Virus record (IMG/VR): IMGVR_UViG_3300045740_000163
Span: 1 to 64,000 of that record
Length of the DNA stretch: 64,000 bases
From: a virus
Reading direction: 5' to 3' (one strand)
Part shown: positions 44,628 to 54,077 of the stretch, one piece after another
Layout of the letters: each line of letters begins with the position of its first letter
How positions within the stretch are numbered: position 1 is the first letter of the stretch
Program-made: the position numbers and the translations under genes
Notes under the pieces: model-generated
The model's input: the letters and a program-made list of their open reading frames with translations, nothing else
Database searches by the model: none
What the model was told of the DNA's origin: nothing

Positions 44628-46165
44628 AAACCAACACCGAGTTCCTCCGCCTTGTAAACAACGATCCTCTTGTACTAGCGGTCTCTGCTCTGTCTGACTT
44701 TTTGTGGGATGACTTTATTCGAGATGCTCGTCCTATCGTCAAGTACATCGAAGATCGCTACAACATCCGTCAGCTGTCTCGCTTTGGGAAAGAGCTGTTC
44801 GATTTTCTATACAACGGCGGACAGGTAACTACGGTCATCACTTTGGATGAAGCCGAAACTTACTTCCGAGCAAAACAAAACGGCCAAAACCCTGAACTGC
44901 CTAAGAACTACAAGCCTGAATATGCGTTCTGGGTAAATCTGTTCATTCAGATTTGCGAGTCGCCTGCTTGGCCACGGCTCGTATCCCTTTCAGTTGGAGA
45001 TCAGTTCACTGCAGGTAATAACGCTATCAACGTCCTGAATGAGCTAAGCGAGGTTATCGATAAGCAGATCGAGCAGGGTTTTATCGATGCTCACATGCTT
45101 GCTGATGCTGGGCAAGAGTTACAGAACATACGAGAACAGTTCATGCAAGCTAAGGCTCGCGGTGACCTTGCCAAGGCTGCGGAACTTCGCCAAAAGGGTA
45201 AAGAACTCGGTCAACAGATCGAACAGGCCATGCAAGAAGCTGCAGAAAACATGCAGCCTCAGGTGGGTAAAGCTGTCGACCGGGCTCATCAGACTGCTAA
45301 AGATGTTCAAGATGCTATGAGTCAGTTGGCTGGCTCGGAAGCAGGAAAAGGTCTTGCTCTCAACGACATAGCACAAAAACGAAACCTAGCTCGTAAACTC
45401 TCAGCCAACCCTGGGTTACGCGAACTGGTCCGTCGACTGGGTGCATTCAGGCAAGCTTGGGCGGATCGCAAGCGTGCTCGCAAAGGCCGTTCAAACTACA
45501 GCGACATCGTAGGAGCCAAGTTCTCGGATGAAGTGATTAAAGCTTTCCCTGCCGAAATCGCTCTTGCTGCCACAGAGCATGGTCGCGCTTTGTTCGCCCT
45601 GAAATACAGCCAGAAAACGTTACTCACAAAAGACTACGAAGCAAAGATCAAGGAACTCGATAAAGGTCCTGTCGTTATGTACATCGATATCAGTGGCTCG
45701 ATGGCTGGTGAGTCTGAGCTGTGGTCGAAAGCACTTGCTTACGTCGTTGCGGAAGAGTGCTTAAAGCAGAACCGGGCTACTCATATTCACTTGTTCGACA
45801 CCGTAATTCAAAAGAGTATTCATCTCGATAAGAACAGAAGTGACAACGAACGTCTTCTTAACTTTGTTCTCAGCTGGACCACACGCGGTGGTACGTCGTT
45901 TTGCTCTGTAATCGATCATGCCTTAAGTAAGGTAAACCATGTCGACAAAGCTGACATTTTGATGATTACTGATGGTAACGCTGAAGTGTCTGACCCTTTC
46001 ATCAGACGCCTAAATGCTTTCAAGCAAGAACACGGAGTCCAATGGAACAGCTTTTGTATCGGAAAGAAATCACGTGTGCTGAGTCAATTCAGTGATGCTG
46101 TGCACACTGTAGATCCTTCAGACGACTTTAGTAGTGCAGAACTGTTCCAAAACGCTTTAAACTAA
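44624..46165 (+). CDS. vWA-domain (ViaA-like) protein
   Basis: MIDAS DISGSM, GGT.F and ITDG in the C-terminal domain; coupled to the AAA+ gene. Confidence 0.9.
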   Translation: MKTNTEFLRLVNNDPLVLAVSALSDFLWDDFIRDARPIVKYIEDRYNIRQLSRFGKELFDFLYNGGQVTTVITLDEAETYFRAKQNGQNPELPKNYKPEYAFWVNLFIQICESPAWPRLVSLSVGDQFTAGNNAINVLNELSEVIDKQIEQGFIDAHMLADAGQELQNIREQFMQAKARGDLAKAAELRQKGKELGQQIEQAMQEAAENMQPQVGKAVDRAHQTAKDVQDAMSQLAGSEAGKGLALNDIAQKRNLARKLSANPGLRELVRRLGAFRQAWADRKRARKGRSNYSDIVGAKFSDEVIKAFPAEIALAATEHGRALFALKYSQKTLLTKDYEAKIKELDKGPVVMYIDISGSMAGESELWSKALAYVVAEECLKQNRATHIHLFDTVIQKSIHLDKNRSDNERLLNFVLSWTTRGGTSFCSVIDHALSKVNHVDKADILMITDGNAEVSDPFIRRLNAFKQEHGVQWNSFCIGKKSRVLSQFSDAVHTVDPSDDFSSAELFQNALN

Positions 46166-46218
46166 CCTGGTCTTTTTGAACATGCGGAGTAGATTGAGGG
46201 TCGTCGACTACTCCCCGC

Positions 46219-46647
46219 ATGGATAGACGAACTGAAGCAGCGGCAATCCGAAAATTAGAGGCTGAGTACTCGCCTGCCACGGAGAGATTTGAACTCGAAG
46301 ACTGGTTAGCTCAACAGTTGTTCGAAACTTATCACAACATAAATGAAGGTAACGCAGAACTATTTAAGTTCAGGGAGGCGGTAATTCTTTATGTTCCATC
46401 TACAGAATTGATCAACGCTACAAGACTAATCGGCAGCGACATAACAGAACATTGTGTTCTACTCAGCGGATTCTTATACAAAAATTATGGAGTAAAAAAA
46501 CTAGGAAACAAAGCTGACGTTGAGATGGAGCTTATGCTTAGCGAGTTTGATTTTGAATTAATGGCACTTCAGATAGCTGACGACTTGATTGCGTGGTACG
46601 ACAATATGAGCTTAGTGAACGATGTGCTTTCAGTGTACAGTAAATGA
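46219..46647 (+). CDS. hypothetical protein
   Basis: 142-aa ORF. Confidence 0.6.
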   Translation: MDRRTEAAAIRKLEAEYSPATERFELEDWLAQQLFETYHNINEGNAELFKFREAVILYVPSTELINATRLIGSDITEHCVLLSGFLYKNYGVKKLGNKADVEMELMLSEFDFELMALQIADDLIAWYDNMSLVNDVLSVYSK

Positions 46648-46728
46648 CGGAAACCTTAAGATAAACTGAAGTCCTCTTGCTTCCAAGCATTGGAACGATA
46701 GTCTCTACTCGTTCCGCTTCACTTCAAC

Positions 46729-47541
46729 GTGAACTTCAAATTCAAAATCGGCGAGACGACTCTCGACAACAATGAGGCAAAAGCTCTTCTGAACGCGGCC
46801 GGCCGAAACCAAGCAATCGTTGTGGACATCGCTGACCACATCGACCCGACAATGATTGATGCAAAAAAGCTGTTCTCAATCAGCGTAGAGACCAAGAACC
46901 CTACCCTTGCATCTCTGGCAGCTCGGTTCGCAATTGAGGGAGTCGAAACCCCTAAGAAAAGAACTTACAACCGAACAGACGCCAACAGGATCTCGCGGAT
47001 CGAGCCGACCACAAGCATCAATGCACCAGATGAAGCTATCGAGGCTCTGTGCAAGATGACAAGCCTCAAGGCAATTGGGGCGGCGATGATTCTTGATGGG
47101 ATTTGCGACGGAAACAGTCGGACTCTGCGTCAGATCGCTACCAGCTGCGTAAATAACATGGCTTATCGCGGCTCAGTAAGTCCGGATTCCCAGTGCTTCA
47201 TGGGCTTCTGTAAGGATGGTGAAGGGCACTACCGGACGCTGAATCAGGGGCCGAACGTCCCTAGAAGTGCTTGCTACCACGCGTCTCCGATGTACACAGC
47301 TATCCGTGATGGCGCTGCTCTTCTTAAAGAATGGGGCCTGCTTGAGATGAAAGAGATCATCGAGTTCGGAAGTAAGGACAAGGTGCTCAACGAAAACAGC
47401 AAGCGGCTCCGTCGCACCGTTTACGCTGTTGCACCTACAGCCATGGGTCAGAAGGTAGCCCGCGAGTGGGGAGACATTAAAGATTTCATTAGTCGTCGTT
47501 GGAGCACCCGCATTCGGGAGCGGAACGCTTACGCTGCATAA
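46729..47541 (+). CDS. hypothetical protein, possibly DNA-binding
   Basis: 270-aa ORF followed by a terminator. Confidence 0.6.
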   Translation: MNFKFKIGETTLDNNEAKALLNAAGRNQAIVVDIADHIDPTMIDAKKLFSISVETKNPTLASLAARFAIEGVETPKKRTYNRTDANRISRIEPTTSINAPDEAIEALCKMTSLKAIGAAMILDGICDGNSRTLRQIATSCVNNMAYRGSVSPDSQCFMGFCKDGEGHYRTLNQGPNVPRSACYHASPMYTAIRDGAALLKEWGLLEMKEIIEFGSKDKVLNENSKRLRRTVYAVAPTAMGQKVAREWGDIKDFISRRWSTRIRERNAYAA

Positions 47542-47564
47542 ACTCTTTCCTCGTCAACCCAGTT

Positions 47565-47589
47565 GGGCGTCGAAAGGCGCCCTTTTTTT
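47565..47589 (+). terminator. intrinsic terminator
   Basis: GGGCGTC-GAAA-GGCGCCC followed by T7. Confidence 0.85.
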
Positions 47590-47594
47590 ATCCC

Positions 47595-49490
47595 ATGAAA
47601 ATCTTTTACGCAACTACCCAAGAGCAGTTCAAGCAAGCACTTAATGAACTAACGCAGATACCAAAGATGTGCTTAGACTTCGAAACAACGGGTCTGGACT
47701 CACACGTCTCTAAACCTCGTTTAATTCAACTTTGTACTACCGACGAAAAAATAGAGAATAGGACTGTTTACGTTCTCGATTTATTTAAAGTCCCTGATGT
47801 CACGGGGCTTAAGGAGCTAATTGAAAGTCGTGAAATGCTCCTGGGTCATAATCTTAATTTTGACTTACAGTTTCTTTTATCTTTAGGTATCGATTACAAA
47901 GGAAAAATCTTTGATACTTACATTGCAGAGCGCTGCCTACGAGCTGGGTTTAAGGAGAAAAAGGTTTCCCCGAAATTACAAAAGCCTTATTTCGATGACG
48001 TCAGCTGTTCACTAAAAGCTGTAGTGAGTCGGCGTCTTGAATTAGACATCAGTAAAGAACAACAGGTATCTGACTGGAGCAAAGAAGAACTGGATATAGA
48101 ACAGATTGAATATGCTGCAAAAGACGTAGACCTGCTGCCGAAAGTCGCTGCAGATCAACTAAAAGAGCTAGTCGAAGAGTCGCTTATAGACGTTTACTCT
48201 CTTGAATCCAAATGCGTCCGCCCCGTGGCGCGTATGTGTCACAGAGGATTCAACGTTGATGTTAATAAGCTGATCGCATTAAGAAACGCTATACAAGTAA
48301 AGCTGGATGAGGTTACTCTAGAATTCTGCACTAAGCTCGACGCTGCTTTACCACCGGAACTCAAGCTTCCTAGGAGGATTGATGGCTCACTGGCAATCGG
48401 GAAAAACCTTCGAAAAGAATTCAACCCTGGCTCAGGAGTTCAGTGCACAAAGTGTTTCGAAGCACTTGGCGTTGCACTTCCAACAAATCCAGGAACAGGA
48501 AAATCGACACTTAATCAGATACAGCTCGCAGAGTTCGACAGTGACGATCCCTTTCTCAATCTTTACCGTAAGCGCACAAAAATTGAAACGCAGCTGGAAC
48601 ACGCTGAAAAGCTTATTGCAAATATAAATCCTATAACTCATAGAATTCACTCAGGCTACAACCAATACGGAGCGAACTCGGGTCGATTTACCTCTAGCGG
48701 GGCAAAGAAAACTAGCGCAAAAAAAGTTAAGGATCAGTTTGCGATCAACGCTCAACAGATCCCTCGCGATAAAGAATTTCGTGAGTGCTTTGTAACTACT
48801 CCGGGTTATCAGCTAATCATTTGTGACTTCAGCCAAATCGAGTTAAGACTCGGTGCTGAGTTAATTGGAATCCCTCAAATGATTCAGGCGTTTAAGGATG
48901 GACATGATCTACACACAGTTACAGCCAGTTTAATTTACAAGATACCATTAGACGAAGTTCAAAAACACCAGAGGCAAGAAGGAAAAACTCTAAATTTTGC
49001 GTTGTTATATGGAATGGGGTACCGCAAGTACAAAACTTACGCTGCGCAGAGTGGAAAGATAATTTCATTATCTGAGGCTAAAGTCGCCCACGCTGCGTTC
49101 CACAACGCGTATCCTAGGTTGCGCCAATGGCACAGAGAAAGATCTGCGATGGTTGAAGACGGGTGGACTTACGTAAGGACACCCCTAGGCCGTAGGCGTC
49201 TCCTCTCTTACGATGACGCGGTGATGACTGCTTGTGCCAACACACTGATACAAGGAGCCGGAGCTGATATTCTTAAGCTGTCTCTAGCCAAACTCAACCC
49301 TCACCTCGGGGATGAAGCTCACTTAGTTGCTTGTGTTCATGATGAAATTGTTCTCGAAGCTATTACAGAAAAGGTTGAGTACTACAAAGAAGTGCTTGAA
49401 GGCTGTATGAAAGAAGCAGCCGAAACGATCTTAAAAGAAGTCCCTGCTAAAGCAGACGCCAGTTACGGAGATTCTTGGTCTGAAAAATGA
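47595..49490 (+). CDS. polA: family A DNA polymerase with 3'-5' exonuclease
   Basis: exonuclease DFET, HNLNFD and YAAKD; motif A DFSQIELR, motif B KTLNFALLYG (Phe at the E. coli 762-equivalent), motif C VHDE; start set at ATG 47595. Confidence 0.95.
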   Translation: MKIFYATTQEQFKQALNELTQIPKMCLDFETTGLDSHVSKPRLIQLCTTDEKIENRTVYVLDLFKVPDVTGLKELIESREMLLGHNLNFDLQFLLSLGIDYKGKIFDTYIAERCLRAGFKEKKVSPKLQKPYFDDVSCSLKAVVSRRLELDISKEQQVSDWSKEELDIEQIEYAAKDVDLLPKVAADQLKELVEESLIDVYSLESKCVRPVARMCHRGFNVDVNKLIALRNAIQVKLDEVTLEFCTKLDAALPPELKLPRRIDGSLAIGKNLRKEFNPGSGVQCTKCFEALGVALPTNPGTGKSTLNQIQLAEFDSDDPFLNLYRKRTKIETQLEHAEKLIANINPITHRIHSGYNQYGANSGRFTSSGAKKTSAKKVKDQFAINAQQIPRDKEFRECFVTTPGYQLIICDFSQIELRLGAELIGIPQMIQAFKDGHDLHTVTASLIYKIPLDEVQKHQRQEGKTLNFALLYGMGYRKYKTYAAQSGKIISLSEAKVAHAAFHNAYPRLRQWHRERSAMVEDGWTYVRTPLGRRRLLSYDDAVMTACANTLIQGAGADILKLSLAKLNPHLGDEAHLVACVHDEIVLEAITEKVEYYKEVLEGCMKEAAETILKEVPAKADASYGDSWSEK

Positions 49491-50380
49491 GCAAATCCAT
49501 TAAGCGAATTCGCCCCATGTCCCCTAGCAAATTTAAAGTGGGGGATCGAGTAACAGAGAACATAAAGAACATCGCGTTTGTGAGTCCTTTTGCCGAGCAA
49601 AAGGTAAAAGACACTGTCGCAAATTATGTGCACGATACTCGTGTAGGTACGGTTAAAGAAGTTTTTGTTAAAACAAATAGTCGGGGTGACAGACGTCACT
49701 ACGCTTCAGTTCTGTGGGACTACCTACAGTCGACCACAGAGCACGAGCAAGGCCGTTTAAAGCTTCACGCTGCCTCGTTGCAAATGGCAAGCGTGAGTAA
49801 GAGTCCAGAACAACCTAAACCAAATGTAACTACAAAGAGGTCAAAAGCATCGGTGGAGATCCTGAACTTAGATTCAGTTAAAGAAAAAGACATATTCACA
49901 GCTAAAACCGAGAACGGTTACGTAGGTTGTGCCCGCACACAGACAGGTGTTTGTTTCACAGTCGAAGTGTTCGAAAGCGCTCTCGAAGCAGCAAACAAAG
50001 CCCGAAGCTTAAAACGACAACTAGAGTCGAAAGAAGCCCAAGAATGTAAAGAAACCAAAAAAAAGTCAGAAGAAATAAAAAAATGTGTAGTCAGAAAAAC
50101 TAATAAAAAGGTAACCTTGAGATCGAGACTGTACACACTCGACGAGACCAAGGCAATGCCGCTTCTGCGTTTCCAAGAGGTGTGGGTAATTATAAAAGAC
50201 GCTATGTATGTGAGCGACTGCCTAGACCGCGAAAGAAAGAACTTAGTAAGCTACACAAGCAATAAAGAAAAAGCAATGTACTTTACGTGTCATGAAAAAG
50301 CTAAAATGACTATGAGAGTATTAAAGGGTACAGTCGGTCCTGGATTTGACTTGAAGCGTTTTTTTATAGAGAATAAGTAA
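49487..50380 (+). CDS. basic hypothetical protein
   Basis: coupled to polA; N-terminal KFKVGDRV SH3-like pattern. Confidence 0.6.
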   Translation: MSKSIKRIRPMSPSKFKVGDRVTENIKNIAFVSPFAEQKVKDTVANYVHDTRVGTVKEVFVKTNSRGDRRHYASVLWDYLQSTTEHEQGRLKLHAASLQMASVSKSPEQPKPNVTTKRSKASVEILNLDSVKEKDIFTAKTENGYVGCARTQTGVCFTVEVFESALEAANKARSLKRQLESKEAQECKETKKKSEEIKKCVVRKTNKKVTLRSRLYTLDETKAMPLLRFQEVWVIIKDAMYVSDCLDRERKNLVSYTSNKEKAMYFTCHEKAKMTMRVLKGTVGPGFDLKRFFIENK

Positions 50381-50400
50381 AAGCAGTCAGGTGTAGTTGA

Positions 50401-50649
50401 GTGGCCACACGGTACGCTGGTGATTACTTTGGGATCTCTCTGGCTGATAACTACGGCACCGAAAGGTCTCAGCTACTCTCCTATTACCCAGAACTGCGTA
50501 AAGCTAGTTCGCCTAAAAAAGCGGATAGACCTCAGACAGTCACAAAAGAAGTAAGAGCTGTGGGCCCTTTCGCAGGGTTTAAAACTCTGAGCAAAAAAGG
50601 AGATTACAAGGCAGTGCCTGTCTTCAGCGGATTCAAGACTGTCAAGTAA
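50401..50649 (+). CDS. small basic hypothetical protein
   Basis: two F[AS]GFKT repeats; N-terminus similar to the next gene. Confidence 0.55.
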   Translation: MATRYAGDYFGISLADNYGTERSQLLSYYPELRKASSPKKADRPQTVTKEVRAVGPFAGFKTLSKKGDYKAVPVFSGFKTVK

Positions 50650-50708
50650 TCAAGGACGACAAGGTTTATACTATCTAAATAGATCGAAAAGACTAGCGGG
50701 CTAACCTA

Positions 50709-51593
50709 ATGACCTATTCCCTCCCACAGTTTGCAGGTAATCTGTTTGGGATTGATCTGGCTGGTCTGTTTAAGGACAACGAAGGTAGCGGAATCCCGGA
50801 GGGGTTCATGCCAGGCTTCAACTTTACAGCAAACGTGAAAGGTCGTAGCCCCGGTACTCTCACATACAAAACACCAAAGATACCTTCAGGTACTGTTGAG
50901 TTTTCACTGGTTCCTAAACTACCAGACATAGTCAACCAACCTACAGCACCTGTAACTCCTGCTCCTGCTCCTGCTCCCGCTCCCGCTCCCGCTGCTCGGT
51001 CCCTTCCCACGTACGCGCCTCAGTACGCCTCTCTTTTCAGTGGTACTCCTACTTACACGCCTCCTAGAAATCGTCAACAACCGACACCTGTTGCAGCTGC
51101 CCCAGTAACACCTACCCAGCCAGCGCCTGCAGTCACTCAACCCGTAGCACAAACGCCGACAAAACCAACATACGGCTCCGGCTTGGTGGATCAAATTAAA
51201 GCAGGGGGTGACATTCTTTCTAAAAAAGAAGCCGTTCGAATCGCGGGCGAGACTAAGAAAACAGTTGCTGAAGTGATGTCAAAAGCTCTGAACGTTGGAG
51301 TTGGCTTGGGGACTAATCTTGTTAACGCATATAGCAAAGGTAATTTAGGACCTAACGCAAAAAATCTATATGGTGACTATGTTATTGGACCATACAGCAA
51401 AAATGTTGCAAAAGCGCTTCAAAACCTGGCTCCTTTAAAAAACCTAGAACTTCCTCAAGGCACTGCGTATGTAGGAAGCAGTAAGTATGTCACTCCTGCG
51501 AAATCCACCTACTCGAAGGTCGGAGGAAGTGTTTATACACCTGCTTCGACTGTCTACAATCCAATTATTATTCAACGGCAACTGAATAAATAA
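50709..51593 (+). CDS. Pro/Ala/Thr-rich hypothetical protein
   Basis: (PA)n linker. Confidence 0.6.
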   Translation: MTYSLPQFAGNLFGIDLAGLFKDNEGSGIPEGFMPGFNFTANVKGRSPGTLTYKTPKIPSGTVEFSLVPKLPDIVNQPTAPVTPAPAPAPAPAPAARSLPTYAPQYASLFSGTPTYTPPRNRQQPTPVAAAPVTPTQPAPAVTQPVAQTPTKPTYGSGLVDQIKAGGDILSKKEAVRIAGETKKTVAEVMSKALNVGVGLGTNLVNAYSKGNLGPNAKNLYGDYVIGPYSKNVAKALQNLAPLKNLELPQGTAYVGSSKYVTPAKSTYSKVGGSVYTPASTVYNPIIIQRQLNK

Positions 51594-51770
51594 GTTAATA
51601 GCGTTATCGAAGAGAGGGGCTATGCTGAACATAGCCTATCTCTTCCTACATGAATCGCTACATTAAATTTGTTTTTGAGAGAGCGGCAAAAGCTTTTGGT
51701 CTTTATGTAATTTTTGCCGTAAACGAAGAAGACAGAAGGTGCATAATCGAAGCATCAAATTTCCAGCCGA

Positions 51771-52346
51771 ATGACGTGTACTGATTACTGTCTGTACGTA
51801 GAGCGAAAAGGAAAACGCCTCCGCGTCGCGATATCTGCTAACGAATCAAACCACGCGCAAGCGCAAGCTTCAGACATCACAAGGGCTCTACAAGCGGATA
51901 CGTTCTCCCTCTCGTACGAAAGCGTAAAAGAAACAAACTTATCTATATTGTTCAAACGCCTAGCTTCTAATAATTTTACACACAGCGCATGTGACATTTG
52001 GGAAGGATCCCTCTGTAACGGATCTCCCGTGATGTACGCACTTAATAGAAAGTACTACATACGCCCATTGATACTAGATTATCTTGAAATAAATAAAGAC
52101 GGCTGTGTCAAACCATCCTGCGGCACTCCCGCTTGTATAAATCCGTATCACAACTCTTACAAAAAAATGAAGGCGTCAAAGCTTGGGGACGCCGACACGA
52201 ATTTAGTACTAGCATTCTCCAGCCAAGGCGTCCCGGTCCGGGAAATTGCCAAGGCACTCAAGGTACACCGATCAACGATTTACCGAGCATTAAACCGTGA
52301 ACATTTTCACTCTGGGACTTCGCATCACAGATGCGGCCGAGACTGA
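51771..52346 (+). CDS. degenerate His-Me/HNH-fold protein with C-terminal HTH
   Basis: C.IWEG...VKPSCG...CINPYH plus GVPVREIAKALKVHRSTIYRAL. Confidence 0.65.
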   Translation: MTCTDYCLYVERKGKRLRVAISANESNHAQAQASDITRALQADTFSLSYESVKETNLSILFKRLASNNFTHSACDIWEGSLCNGSPVMYALNRKYYIRPLILDYLEINKDGCVKPSCGTPACINPYHNSYKKMKASKLGDADTNLVLAFSSQGVPVREIAKALKVHRSTIYRALNREHFHSGTSHHRCGRD

Positions 52347-52944
52347 CGAAAACAAAGTCGTGCATGTCTTAGCTGAGTCTCTGCCTTCAAGCGACAAGCG
52401 TGTCGCTACGAAAGTGCAGCTCTCAGTTAAGGAAGACCAGTACAACGCAAAAGTACTTAAAACCCTTCAAGAAAAAGAAACTGTGCTGGCCATCGGGCCA
52501 ACAAAGACAACTCCCGATGGTGTCCTACAGATGCAGCCCATGCTTGTCGTCGCCAAAGATAACTGGGACGATCTGCTTGCTGTCAATCTTTTCGTCTCCA
52601 CGGGTGGTCTTGGTCCAGCTACTGAAGAAACTCAGCTTGGAGACAACACCGTAACCAACCGCTCTCTCGCGTGGCAGGACGAAAAAGGTGAAACTTCCTG
52701 GTTTAAACTGAGCGCATGGGACGCATTATCTGCACAACTTGCTGAGCTTGCGCCTGGCACGCCAACAATTGCTGTCGGTCGCGTAAGCACTAGCGAAAAA
52801 GAAGATCGGAAGTATCTTAACTACGGGGTTGAGAAAATTCTCTACCTGCCACGCAGCAAAAAGGCTGCACCTGCCAAAGCTGCTGATCCTGACAAAGGCA
52901 CAGTGTCTACGGCCGCTCTCGGATCACTGGACTTCTCTCTCTGA
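52297..52944 (+). CDS. ssb: single-stranded DNA-binding protein-like (tandem OB folds)
   Basis: ETSWFKLSAWD.L..QLAEL..GT..IAVGRV; acidic/hydrophobic LDFSL tail. Confidence 0.65.
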   Translation: MNIFTLGLRITDAAETDENKVVHVLAESLPSSDKRVATKVQLSVKEDQYNAKVLKTLQEKETVLAIGPTKTTPDGVLQMQPMLVVAKDNWDDLLAVNLFVSTGGLGPATEETQLGDNTVTNRSLAWQDEKGETSWFKLSAWDALSAQLAELAPGTPTIAVGRVSTSEKEDRKYLNYGVEKILYLPRSKKAAPAKAADPDKGTVSTAALGSLDFSL

Positions 52945-52953
52945 TTAACAACC

Positions 52954-53784
52954 ATGGTTTTTATCGCAGGCAAATTTTCGGCTGATGAAATCCTCTGCCA
53001 GATTCCGCCGCACACGCTACGTATCGACCTTCAAAGCCGTTATTGGAAATCCGATTCTGATAGTGAAGCGGCGATCGTCGACAGCAACGGCAATGGGATT
53101 CCGATTTCGTTCGTGCTTCTTGGGTTCACGCCGTATTTCGGTAACCTCGGTATGCGCAACCACGAGGAATTTATTCGTATTGCTTACATCGGTGTCACTC
53201 CTAATCACCGTCTGCTTCCGCCTCGCTGTGTGTGCACTAGCATCATCAGTGGTAAGTCATCTCAAAGGAACTTCATCTCGTACTTCCAGACGCTCTACAA
53301 CAATCGTATTAACGTAGGCGAAGTAATCACCGAAACGAAGTTCGTTCAAAAATCCTTCAACGAGAGGGATCCGATGACTGGTGCAGATGGCGCCAAGATT
53401 AACTACAACGTCTTAGAGTTTCGGGATCGCCCAGCTCAAACGGATGAAGAGCAGAAGCTCATTGAAGATATCAGCGCGTGGCTTGAATCTGGTTCAGGAG
53501 ATTTGGTGGCATCTGCTTTACGCAGTACTATCTCCGGCGCTCATTTGGTTGAGTTACCTCTGGGAGAAGACCACGCGGCCATTAAGGAAGCGTTTATTGA
53601 AGCTAACCCGAAAAGGTTAGAGGGCTCAGCTCCCGCCGGCTTAGCTGCACTTCCCGCAGGTGCTGGCGCTCCGGGAGCCAAAGCCGAACCTGCTGCTCCT
53701 CCTGAGCCCAAGAAAGCTACCAGCAAAAAGGAGCTGACAGAAGAACAAAAAGCTGCTTTACAGGCTGCTGGTCTGGATTTCTGA
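52954..53784 (+). CDS. hypothetical replication/recombination protein
   Basis: co-transcribed with SSB; disordered tail ending LDF. Confidence 0.55.
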   Translation: MVFIAGKFSADEILCQIPPHTLRIDLQSRYWKSDSDSEAAIVDSNGNGIPISFVLLGFTPYFGNLGMRNHEEFIRIAYIGVTPNHRLLPPRCVCTSIISGKSSQRNFISYFQTLYNNRINVGEVITETKFVQKSFNERDPMTGADGAKINYNVLEFRDRPAQTDEEQKLIEDISAWLESGSGDLVASALRSTISGAHLVELPLGEDHAAIKEAFIEANPKRLEGSAPAGLAALPAGAGAPGAKAEPAAPPEPKKATSKKELTEEQKAALQAAGLDF

Positions 53785-53814
53785 GCTAAGCTCTTCCTGG
53801 ATTGTTCACGCCAG

Positions 53815-53839
53815 AGGACGCCGCAAGCGTCCTTTTTTT
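53815..53839 (+). terminator. intrinsic terminator
   Basis: AGGACGC-CGCAA-GCGTCCT followed by a T-run. Confidence 0.85.
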
Positions 53840-53843
53840 GTGC

Positions 53844-54077
53844 CTACAGCTCCAGCAAGTCACCAAACGAAGGGAGATTGACACCATATGCAATACAGTA
53901 CTTTATAATATTCTCAAGTAACTTAGCCCTTATTAAATAATTAGCATATACTACTTCAAGCACCTCCCTGGACTCTTCAGCACTAAGCTTATCCATGCCA
54001 TCGAGAAAAGCTCGGTGGGTGAATTTTTGCTCAAGCGTTAGGTGAGACTTAAGCTTATCCAGCAACTGTTCTGACAT
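53844..54077 (-). CDS. nblA: NblA-like phycobilisome degradation protein
   Basis: LTLEQKF..RAF.....KLS.EE.RE.L..VY..YLIR matches the NblA LSLEQQF helix-loop-helix pattern. Confidence 0.7.
   Translation of the reverse strand: MSEQLLDKLKSHLTLEQKFTHRAFLDGMDKLSAEESREVLEVVYANYLIRAKLLENIIKYCIAYGVNLPSFGDLLEL

Noticed and set aside
47499-47594. Extended polA N-terminus in the ORF track
   Set aside because: It spans the upstream gene end and an intrinsic terminator; ATG 47595 is the plausible start
50956-50996. GCTCC(T/C) hexamer tandem repeat
   Set aside because: Simply encodes a (Pro-Ala)n linker
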